From IMG/VR virus record IMGVR_UViG_3300048921_000145: a DNA stretch of 59,663 nt; one strand, 5' to 3'. The notes below the pieces were generated by a model. The model worked only from the letters and a program-made list of their open reading frames with translations. It searched no databases and was not told the origin of the DNA. Of the stretch, positions 25,153 to 34,200 are shown piece after piece (position 1 is the stretch's first letter; every line of letters starts with the position of its first letter). The position numbers and the translations under genes were made by a program. The DNA is from a virus.

Positions 25153-26904
25153 ATGGCAAAACTGAAGCTGATCGGCTTCGTCGGCGAGAGCCCGAAGATC
25201 ATCCCGCGCCTGCTGGGCGATATGGCCTCGCAGATGGCGTACAACGTGCGACTGGACGACGGCGGGCTGACGCCGATCCGCAAGCAGCGTTTCGAGCACC
25301 AGTTTGGCAGCGTGCCGGCCGGTGGCTACCAGACGATGTACAAGCATGACGGCAACTGGCTGGCCTGGGCGACGGACGTGTACGCCGCGCCGGGGCCGGT
25401 GGCCGATGATCGCCTGTACATCATGGGCGATGGGGTGCCGAAAATGCAGGTGGCGGGCGTGACGTACCCGCTGGCCATGCCGTTGCCGGGCTCGGCGCTG
25501 GCCGTGACCTTGAGCGGTACGCCGACACCGGGCGCCTTGGGGACGACACGGATCTACGTCTACACCTGGGTGACCGCCTTCGGTGAAGAGTCGGAGCCCT
25601 GCCCGGCCAGTGCCGACGTGTTCTGGACGCCGGGGCAGACCGCTACCCTGTCCGGGTTTGCGGCGACGCCGGCCGGGCGCAACATCACCTTGCAGCGCAT
25701 CTATCGGGCGCAGACCGGCAAGACCGGCACCTTGCTGTACCTGATTGCCGAACGGGGCGCGAGCACGGCCAACTTCGTCGACACCGTGAGCCCGGAATCG
25801 CTGCAAGAGGCGTTGCCATCGGCTAACTGGAACGCACCACCGGACGACCTGACCGGTTTGATTGCGCTGCCCAATGGCCTGATGGCGGCCTTCAGCGGTA
25901 AGCAGCTGTGCTTTTGCGAGCCCTATCGCCCACATGCGTGGCCGGAAGCCTACCGCCTGACCATGGATTACCCGATTGTCGGGCTGGGCGCCTTCAGCTC
26001 GTCGATCATCGTCACCACCACCGGCAAGCCGTACATCGTCACCGGCACCGCGCCCGAGAGCATGGTCAGCGAGAAGATCGAGCAGGATTTGCCCTGCATC
26101 AATGCGCGCGGGATCGTCGACCTGGGCTATTCGGTGGTCTATCCGTCCTACGATGGTTTGGTGCAAGTCACCAGCGGCGGCGCCTCGGTCATCAGTACCC
26201 GACTGTTCTCGCGCGATGACTGGCTGCAACTGAACCCGGCCATCATGGTGGCGGACCGGTACAACGGGCGCTACATCACCAGCTTTGACTACTCCGATGC
26301 TAGCGGCGCCGAGTACCGCGGCATGCTGATCATCGACCTGACCGGCGAACAAGCGTTCCTGATTCGCTCCAATGCGTTGCCGTCGGCGCTGTATTTCGAC
26401 CGACCGACCGGCAACCTGTACCTGCTGATCAATGACAGCATCTACCAGTGGGACGACCCGAGCCAGCCGAGTGAGCTGCTGTCGTGGAAGTCCAAGCCGT
26501 TCGTTCTGCCCAAGCCGACCAACTTCGGCGCGATCCTGATCGAAGCTGACGACGGCCTGAGCCCGGATCAGCTGGCGGCGATTCAGGCCGAGATTGATCG
26601 CGTCAAAGCAGCCAATGCGCTGCTGTTTGCCCAGCCGTCGATAGGTGGCGAGTTGGGCGGGTCGGCACTCAACGTCTACCCGGTCGACGGCGACCAGCTG
26701 CAAATGGTGCCGATACTGAGTCGCACGGTGGCGATCAACATCTACGCCGACAAAAAGCTGGTGGCTTCGGTGGGGACGATCAACAAAATGGCGCGTTTGC
26801 CGTCGGGCTTTCTGGCGCAGATGTGGGAGGTGGAAGTGGCCAGCGACCGCGCGATTACGCAAATCACCCTGGCCGGCACCGGCGCCGAACTGGCAGAGGC
26901 CTGA
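25153..26904 (+). CDS. Large virion structural protein (tail/nozzle candidate; 583 aa)
   Basis: Called from size and position. Confidence 0.75.
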   Translation: MAKLKLIGFVGESPKIIPRLLGDMASQMAYNVRLDDGGLTPIRKQRFEHQFGSVPAGGYQTMYKHDGNWLAWATDVYAAPGPVADDRLYIMGDGVPKMQVAGVTYPLAMPLPGSALAVTLSGTPTPGALGTTRIYVYTWVTAFGEESEPCPASADVFWTPGQTATLSGFAATPAGRNITLQRIYRAQTGKTGTLLYLIAERGASTANFVDTVSPESLQEALPSANWNAPPDDLTGLIALPNGLMAAFSGKQLCFCEPYRPHAWPEAYRLTMDYPIVGLGAFSSSIIVTTTGKPYIVTGTAPESMVSEKIEQDLPCINARGIVDLGYSVVYPSYDGLVQVTSGGASVISTRLFSRDDWLQLNPAIMVADRYNGRYITSFDYSDASGAEYRGMLIIDLTGEQAFLIRSNALPSALYFDRPTGNLYLLINDSIYQWDDPSQPSELLSWKSKPFVLPKPTNFGAILIEADDGLSPDQLAAIQAEIDRVKAANALLFAQPSIGGELGGSALNVYPVDGDQLQMVPILSRTVAINIYADKKLVASVGTINKMARLPSGFLAQMWEVEVASDRAITQITLAGTGAELAEA

Positions 26905-26905
26905 T

Positions 26906-27103
26906 ATGGAAATGACCGCCGCCGACAAACAAAAACTGGAAGTGTTGAACGGCGACCGGGGGAATCCCGGCGACGCCGCGCTGCGCCTCAAGCACGCGCA
27001 AGCCTTATTGGCCTCGCTGCCGGTGCAGCCGAGCGGAAACAACACCGCCGATATTCAAACCCTGTTCGCTGCGCTGAATGCCCTGCGCGTGGCGCTTTTG
27101 TAG
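26906..27103 (+). CDS. Small hypothetical protein (65 aa)
   Basis: ORF directly coupled to the upstream gene. Confidence 0.55.
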   Translation: MEMTAADKQKLEVLNGDRGNPGDAALRLKHAQALLASLPVQPSGNNTADIQTLFAALNALRVALL

Positions 27104-27152
27104 TGCAGTGGTTCTATACTGGCGCCATTGGTTCTAAAACCGGAACAACGAC

Positions 27153-27581
27153 ATGCCACAGCTGACGTACGACGATCAACCCGAACTGCTGCGCTGGGCC
27201 GCTGAACGTATCGGCGTGCGCTGCTTTAAGCCGGACGCCAAGGCCTTCGGTGTGCTGCGTGGCGGCCAGTTGTGCGCAGTGGTGGTGTGGGACACCTTTT
27301 CCGAGGTGGATTGCGCCCTGCACGTTGCCAGCTTGGGGGATGGTCACTGGCTCAGCCGACGTGTGCTGATTCAGGCCTTCGGTTATCCGTTCATTGACTT
27401 GAAGATGCGCCGCCTTACCGCGCTGATCCCGGCCAAGAACGCCAGCGCGATCCGCTTTAACGAACACCTGGGCTTCAAGCTCGAAGGCGTCTGCCCGGAA
27501 GCGATGCCAGACGATGACATTCAGATTCGCGGCATGCTCCGACGAGAGTGCCGTTTTATTCCCCCGGAGTATCGCCAATGA
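27153..27581 (+). CDS. GNAT-family N-acetyltransferase-like protein (142 aa)
   Basis: RRLTALIPAKNASAIRFNEHLGFKLEGV resembles GNAT motif A/B (RimJ/L-like). Confidence 0.55.
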   Translation: MPQLTYDDQPELLRWAAERIGVRCFKPDAKAFGVLRGGQLCAVVVWDTFSEVDCALHVASLGDGHWLSRRVLIQAFGYPFIDLKMRRLTALIPAKNASAIRFNEHLGFKLEGVCPEAMPDDDIQIRGMLRRECRFIPPEYRQ

Positions 27582-28516
27582 TGACGCGAGATTTTTGGAC
27601 CCCGGCCGCGCTGGAGCCGGGCAACCTGCACCAGCGGCCATCGAAATTGGATCGGCACTTGGCGGTGCTCGCGATTGGTCGCAGCGTGTGTTTTGGCAAA
27701 GGTGGCGGCGGTGGTTCTGACGCTGACCCGCAGGTCGGTGAGGCCGCGAAGATGCAGGCCAAGACCGGCGCCGACTGGCTGGACTTCTCGAAGACCGCCT
27801 ACGCGGACAGCCAGGTTCGCCAAGCCGTAACGGACAACCTGAATAACGAGGTCACCAGCCAGCAACTGGCTGACATGCGTCAGGCTAGTACGCGCAGTGA
27901 TGACCAGTGGGACCGCTACAACACGCTGTTCAAGCCCATCGAAGACCGCATGGTGTCCGACGCCAACAGCTACGACACGCCGGAAGCGCAAGCGGCGGCT
28001 GCCGCGACGGCCAAAGCCGACGTCATGGCAAACGCCGGTCAGGTGCAGCAGCAGAACGCGCGGCAGATGGCGAGCATGGGCATTAGCCCTACGAGCGGGC
28101 GCTTCGCCGGGGTGGATCGGGGTAATGACCTGTCGACAGCCTTAGCCGCAGCAGGCGCGCAGAACGGCGCGCGTGAGCAGGTGAAAGCCACCGGCATGGC
28201 CCTGCGTGAAGGCGTGGCCAACTTCGGGCGGGGCAATACCGCGACCGCCGCGCAACAGGTCAGCCTGGGTACGCAGTCGGGTAACTCGGCCGTGAACAAC
28301 TCGCTAGCGGCAGATGCCAGTTCGCGGGCTAACACCAACATCATGGCGCAAGGCTTTCAGGGGGCGCAGCAAGGCTATGGCGGCCAGGCTAGTACCTTGA
28401 GCAACCAACGGCAACAGAACATTGCTGTGCAAAGCGGAAACCAGCAAGCCGACTCGGCCAACAAAGCCGCTATTGGTGGCCTGGCGGCTGCCGGTATGAT
28501 GGCCGTCGCATTCTAA
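27578..28516 (+). CDS. Putative internal virion (ejection) protein (312 aa)
   Basis: ATGA overlap. Gly-run followed by an Ala/Gln/Asn-rich helical sequence, with a C-terminal hydrophobic segment. Confidence 0.65.
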   Translation: MMTRDFWTPAALEPGNLHQRPSKLDRHLAVLAIGRSVCFGKGGGGGSDADPQVGEAAKMQAKTGADWLDFSKTAYADSQVRQAVTDNLNNEVTSQQLADMRQASTRSDDQWDRYNTLFKPIEDRMVSDANSYDTPEAQAAAAATAKADVMANAGQVQQQNARQMASMGISPTSGRFAGVDRGNDLSTALAAAGAQNGAREQVKATGMALREGVANFGRGNTATAAQQVSLGTQSGNSAVNNSLAADASSRANTNIMAQGFQGAQQGYGGQASTLSNQRQQNIAVQSGNQQADSANKAAIGGLAAAGMMAVAF

Positions 28517-28533
28517 TCACTGAGGGTTTCCAC

Positions 28534-29904
28534 TTGATCGAGGCAATCAACCGCGCCACCGACTTATCCATGGCCCAAGGTGTGCGCGTGATGCAGACCG
28601 CGTTTATTGGTGGCAGTCAGGCGGCGCACGTCATGTACTTGTTGAAGCTGATGGCGCCAGCCCATGGCGCGCACATCGTTGACGCCGGCTGTGGCATTGG
28701 CGAAGTGGCAAGGCTGATGGCCGACAAGCGCCCCGATCTGAGCTTTACCTTGGCCAACATCAGCCAGCATCAGCTGGATATGGCGCCGGTGGGTGATCAG
28801 TTCCACCAGCTGCTGGCCGACTTCACCAACAGCCAGCTGCCGGCCGGCTGCGCCGACGTGGTGATGTTCAACAGCGCGCTGTGTCAGATGCCGATCAACC
28901 AAGCCTTGAGCGAGGCCCGGCGCCTGCTCAAGCCCGGCGGCCAGCTGTTCATCTGTGACCTGGCGATTGCCGAGTACCGCGAACTGCCGGAGCTGTACGC
29001 GACGTTTATGCCGGCCGATGTGTGGGGCGAGGTGATTGAACGTCACGGCTTTGCGGCGACGCAAACGATTCTGACCCACGGCGACATGACGCACTTTGCC
29101 GGCGAGTTCGACGACTTCGAGCAGGCCTTGCCCGGCGCCATGGTCTACATCGCCCAATTCCGTAGCCAAACGCTGCATGAGCAGGTGGCGGCGACGCTCG
29201 ACCGGCACCAACGCATTGCCTTTCAATTCAGCGGCGGCAAGGATTCATTGGCCGCGCTGTTTGTCCTCGAACGCTATTGGCCGCAGATGACTGTGTACTG
29301 GACGAATACCGGCGACCCGGTGCCGGAAGTGCTGGCGGTGGTCGAGCGCGTGCGCGCCCTGGTGCCGAACTTTGTCGAGATTGCCGGCCGGGTGAACGAA
29401 CAGATTGCCGCGCATGGCTTGCCGTCCGACCTATTACCCACTACCGCAACCGCTTTCGGTCGCGCAGCCTATGGCGGTGGCGTAGCCTTGCAGGACCGGT
29501 TCAACTGCTGCTACCACGCGCTGATGGCGCCGATGCACCAACGCATGTTGGACGACGGCATTACCTTAATCGTGCGCGGACAGAAGAGCGCCGACGCGAT
29601 GAAGTCGCCGCTGCGTTCCGGCGCCATGGATGACGGCGTGGAGCTGCTGTTCCCCCTGGAACATTGGAGTGACACGCAGGTTTTTCAATACCTCAAGGGT
29701 AGCGCCTTCGTTCCGGGCTACTACGAACACTTGGCCGCCTCGCCGGATTGCCTGACCTGCTCGGCCTACTGGTCAGAAGGTCGTGCCACCTGGCTGAAGC
29801 GCAAACACCCCGAGGCCTACCAGGTCTATCAGGGTAAGCTCGACGTGATCCGTGAGGCCGTCATGCCGCACATCGACCTATTTAACCTGGAGGTGTCCCA
29901 ATGA
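28534..29904 (+). CDS. Fusion protein: class I SAM-dependent methyltransferase (N-terminal) + PP-loop ATP pyrophosphatase / PAPS-reductase-like domain (C-terminal), 456 aa
   Basis: VDAGCGIGEV (SAM motif I) at ~28678. SGGKDS PP-loop at 29228-29248. C-terminal Cys pair CLTC. TTG start with a GAGGG RBS. Confidence 0.75.
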   Translation: MIEAINRATDLSMAQGVRVMQTAFIGGSQAAHVMYLLKLMAPAHGAHIVDAGCGIGEVARLMADKRPDLSFTLANISQHQLDMAPVGDQFHQLLADFTNSQLPAGCADVVMFNSALCQMPINQALSEARRLLKPGGQLFICDLAIAEYRELPELYATFMPADVWGEVIERHGFAATQTILTHGDMTHFAGEFDDFEQALPGAMVYIAQFRSQTLHEQVAATLDRHQRIAFQFSGGKDSLAALFVLERYWPQMTVYWTNTGDPVPEVLAVVERVRALVPNFVEIAGRVNEQIAAHGLPSDLLPTTATAFGRAAYGGGVALQDRFNCCYHALMAPMHQRMLDDGITLIVRGQKSADAMKSPLRSGAMDDGVELLFPLEHWSDTQVFQYLKGSAFVPGYYEHLAASPDCLTCSAYWSEGRATWLKRKHPEAYQVYQGKLDVIREAVMPHIDLFNLEVSQ

Positions 29905-31184
29905 GTAATCCCTACGCGGCTGGCGGCTTGATTCGCGGTATCAGTGACGGTATCTCACTGGGTACGCAAATGATCGGCGCCTACCAGCAGAATCAAGCGT
30001 ACAAGGATCAGCAGGAGGTCAAGAGCGTCATGTCTAAAGGCATGACCGATGCCAAGCAGGCAACAAGCGATGATATTGCCGCTAACTCACAGGTGGGCAG
30101 CAAAGCCAACGCCAGCGACACCATGACTATGCCGACCTATGACGACACGCGCGGCAACAGCTATGCCAGTGCCGACGATCAAGCCAAGGCCGCCAAGAAG
30201 AACGCGCCTTTGCCGGAAGACTTCTACCTGCGCGACGTGGTGCCGAAGATTAAAGAAACCTACATTTCTCAAGGCAATCAGGCTGGCGCGGATGCCTGGG
30301 ACAAGTGGACGCAGGACAAGCAGGCCCAGGCCGGCATGAAGAACTGGACCCAAGCGCTGCGTTCGGCGCAGGTGGGCGACTTCAAGGGCTACGCCGACCA
30401 CATGGTCAAGGCCTACAACACCCCGGGTTATTACGACGACGGGTTGCATGCCGAAGGTTATGACCTGGTTAAGGACAAGGACGGCAACACCACTGGCCTG
30501 ACCCTGAAGATGAAAAACAAGGAAACCGGCGAGCAGTTCGCGCAGACCATTCACGGCCAGGACGACATGATTCAGGCCGGGATCGGCTTGCTCGAACCGG
30601 CCAACGCCTTCAAGGTCACCATGGCCCGGGCCGATGCCGCAACCGCCGCGCAGGCCAAAGCCGGGCTGGAAGTGGCTAAGACCAACAACGGCATGATCCG
30701 CGACAACAACAAGGTGGCGGTACAGACCCAGGCCAACAGTCAGTTGGAGAATCAGCGCGCCGGCAACGCCTTGAACCTGCAAGCCACCGGCAAGCAACTC
30801 GACGTGCAGAACGCTGGCGCCGCGCTGAACAACAAGGTCGAGGTGCTGAAAAAGGCCGGCTATGACGAGAAGTTTATCAAGGATGCGTTGCCACAAATCC
30901 TCGGTATCGGTCAGTACAAGAAGCCCGCCGATCCGCAGGAAACCCGGCGCATGCTGTTTCAGGCGCGCTTGAGCGACTTCAACTTTACCCGCAAGACCCC
31001 GCAGCAGCAGGCGGCGCAGATCGAGCAGGACATGCAGCTGATCGGTGGCGGTAGTGGTGGAGGTAGTGCGCCAGCCAATCCAATGTCTGGTGGTTTGCCG
31101 GGCGGTCAAGCCTCGGCGGCGCCGGCCAGCAAAACCCCGATGATCTTCGACACGAAAACCGGCCAGATGATCCCATACCAGTAA
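29901..31184 (+). CDS. Putative internal virion (ejection) protein (427 aa)
   Basis: ATGA overlap. Gln/Asn/Lys/Ala-rich sequence with a Gly-rich C-terminus. Confidence 0.7.
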   Translation: MSNPYAAGGLIRGISDGISLGTQMIGAYQQNQAYKDQQEVKSVMSKGMTDAKQATSDDIAANSQVGSKANASDTMTMPTYDDTRGNSYASADDQAKAAKKNAPLPEDFYLRDVVPKIKETYISQGNQAGADAWDKWTQDKQAQAGMKNWTQALRSAQVGDFKGYADHMVKAYNTPGYYDDGLHAEGYDLVKDKDGNTTGLTLKMKNKETGEQFAQTIHGQDDMIQAGIGLLEPANAFKVTMARADAATAAQAKAGLEVAKTNNGMIRDNNKVAVQTQANSQLENQRAGNALNLQATGKQLDVQNAGAALNNKVEVLKKAGYDEKFIKDALPQILGIGQYKKPADPQETRRMLFQARLSDFNFTRKTPQQQAAQIEQDMQLIGGGSGGGSAPANPMSGGLPGGQASAAPASKTPMIFDTKTGQMIPYQ

Positions 31185-31229
31185 CCCCGCTACCCTCGGT
31201 CGCGCGTTGGCGCTAGAATCAGTCCATCT

Positions 31230-31246
31230 GTTTCGATAATCCAACC
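31230..31246 (+). promoter_or_regulatory. Third copy of the conserved box (GTTTCGATAATCCAACC), 18 nt upstream of the giant gene
   Basis: 14/16 identity to copies A and B over the core TTCGATAATC.AACC. Confidence 0.35.
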
Positions 31247-31264
31247 GCGCCGAGGGCATCACCT

Positions 31265-34200
31265 GTGGCTGAAAACCTTTTTCTCAAGTCGCCCTCCGCG
31301 ATTGCCCCCACTGCCACGGCGCCCACTGCGCCGCCCATGCCCAACCTCCAGACCCTGCCACCGCGCAGCTCCAGTGCCGGTCCGCTGACCTCCAGCGCCG
31401 CGACCGTCATGAGTCAAGGCCTGTTGCCGCCACCAGACCTTCAGCCCCTGTTCGAGAAATACTCCGCTGAAACCGGCGTGCCGCTCAATGTGTTGTCGGC
31501 CCTGGCGCAGCAGGAGTCGGGCTACAACCCCAATGCCATTGGTGAAATGACCAAATGGGGCCAGGCCAAAGGCATGCTGCAAAACCTCGACAGCAACGCC
31601 AAGAGCTTGGGGATCAACCCGTTCAATGCGGAACAGTCGATTGCCGGCGCGGCGCGGCAGCTGCGCGAGCGACTGGACAAGGGTTACAGCATGGAAGATG
31701 CGGTGAAAGCCCACTTCGGGGGTGATAACCGTGAGCAGTGGGGCGAGAAGACCAACGCCTACGGGCAAGAGGTGCTGGCCAAGGCCGGGATCATCGGCGA
31801 CCAGCTGATGGCCGGAAAGCAGAAGGCCGCACCTGTCTCGCCGGGCAATGACCTGGCCGCGATTCAAGCGGAAATGGATGCCAAGGAGCCAGGGCGTTAC
31901 AAGGTGATCGACCCGGCTGATATCGCTCAGCGCGACCAGCAGCGCGCCACCCTCGCCAGCGGCAAGGACGCTTTGCAGAATGCACAGCAGGCTACGGGCG
32001 CCTATCAAGCCCCTTCGCCGCTGACCCTGACCAATCAGCAGGCCGTCGAAGACCGGGTGAACAGCGCGCCAGCGCCCTCGCCACTGACGCCGACCAACCA
32101 GGAACTGGTGCAAAAGGGCATGGCGCCGGTCGATACACGCCCGGAAGATGGCTTTGCCGCCGCCACCGGCAAACAATTGCAGAACTTCGGCCCGCACATG
32201 AAAGACGCCGTGGCTGGTCTGGTGCGCATGGGCAGCGAGAGCATCGACAACGCCACCCTGGTCGGCAACGCGGGTAGCTCCGGCATCATCCAGCGCATGC
32301 AGGATAATGGCGACATCATCATGGTGCAGAACGATCGGGGGCAGAACACCCCGACCCTGCGCAACGGCAAGCTGGCCGACGAAGCGAACATTGCCGCGTT
32401 CATTCGCGCCAATGCCGGCGAGCTGATGTCGCCTGATGAGGCTGGCGCACTGATCGGCATGAAGCCGCGCGCCGTCACCGAGTGGGCGCAGAAGACCGCC
32501 AAGCAAGCCAAGCTCGACACCATCGAGGTACGCCCGGATGGCCCGCTGGCCAAATACGGCAGCATGATCATTGGCTCGACGGCGGAAATGATCCCGGCGC
32601 TGGCCGCTTCGGCGATCACCCGTAACCCGGCCGTGGGCATGTCGTTAATTGGCGGCCAGGTCACCGGGCAAGGCTACAACAAGGGCCGATCCGGCGGGCT
32701 GAACGCGCAGGACGCTGGTAATTACGCCATCGCGCAGGGCATGGCCGAGGCCATCCCGGAATACCTGCCGATTCATGCCATCCTCGAACCCGGCAAGAAC
32801 TTCTTCAAGGGCCTGCTCAAGGCCGGCGCTGCCGAGTCGGTGCAGGAAGGCGTGACCCAGATCATCCAGGATGGTCTGGACAAGGGTTCGATTGATCCGA
32901 ACATGACGTGGGCGCAGGCGCGGCAGAACCTGGCCGATGCCATGATCACCGGTGCCGGCGCCGGTATGGCGCTAAAGGCGGGCGTGCACGGCCTTCAAAA
33001 AGCCGCCGATGCGATCCCGACGCGCGACCGTGAAGCCGAGGCGGCCGCCGCCGCTCAGGCCCAGCCCGCTCCCGCAGCCGAGCCCCAGCCACCACAGGCG
33101 CCCGAGGCTGCAACTGTCGCGCCGGCGCCAGCCCCCACCGGTCCACTGACCCGTGCCGCGCAGCACTACGTCGCGCCCGAGCCAGTAGTAGCCCCCGCAG
33201 CAGCAGAGCCAGCTGGGGAGCCGGTCACCGTGCGCAGCTCCGACGGTGAAATGGCCGGCACCCTGCAGGACTACCAAGACCACGGCCAGGGCCAGTGGAC
33301 CGCGCGCGTGCTGGCCGACGACGGCAACGCCTACGACTTCACCCAAGACGATGGCGTACAGCTGGAACGCGCCAGTGCGCCGATCGCGCCAACGGCTGAG
33401 CCAGCGCAACCGGCGCAGGCCACCCCTGAGCCAGCACCAGCGGACAACATCCCGACGCTGACCGATGTAGTAGCGCCTGAAGCCTCGCCCGACTACACGT
33501 CGATGGACGTGCCGTCGTTGCGCGCCGAACTGAAAGCCACCGCGACCGCGATCAAGGCCGACCCGAAGAACAAGGCGTTGACCAAGCGGCGCAGCGCCAT
33601 TGAAAAGGCAATCAAGGCCGGCATCAACACCGCCGACAAGGCGCCGGCTGTCACCGAACTGACCGGCGACAAGATCGATAAGCAATGGTCGCGCTTCGCC
33701 GATGACTCGGGCAGCCTCAACGTGCCACGCGCCGACATGCCGCAGATCAAGGCCGAGCACCGTGGCGCGATGGTCAACTTTCTCAATGCGCGCGACATCG
33801 CCCACACGCAGGAAGAAGTCCCGGCCAGCAGCCTGAAGCCAACGCAGGAAGAGTTCAGCCCGGCCAAGGTCAAGAAAGCCTTGGGTTATGAAGGCGGCGA
33901 CCGTTCGATCCTGATTTCCAGCGACAACCATGTGCTCGACGGCCATCACCAGTGGCTGGCCAAGGTCGATGGCGATCAGCCGGTGAAGGTCATTCGCCTG
34001 GACGCACCGATCCAACAACTGCTCGACACCGTGCGCGAGTTCCCCAGTGCCGAGACGGCCAATGGTGCGACCGCCGCACCAGCGCCAACAGCTGAGCCGA
34101 CTAATAGCTTGTCGCGCACTGCCAGTTGGGCGATCCGCGATAAGGCGACCGGCGAAGTGGTCATGGAAACCTTCGATAAGAAGAAGGTCGACGCGCTGAA

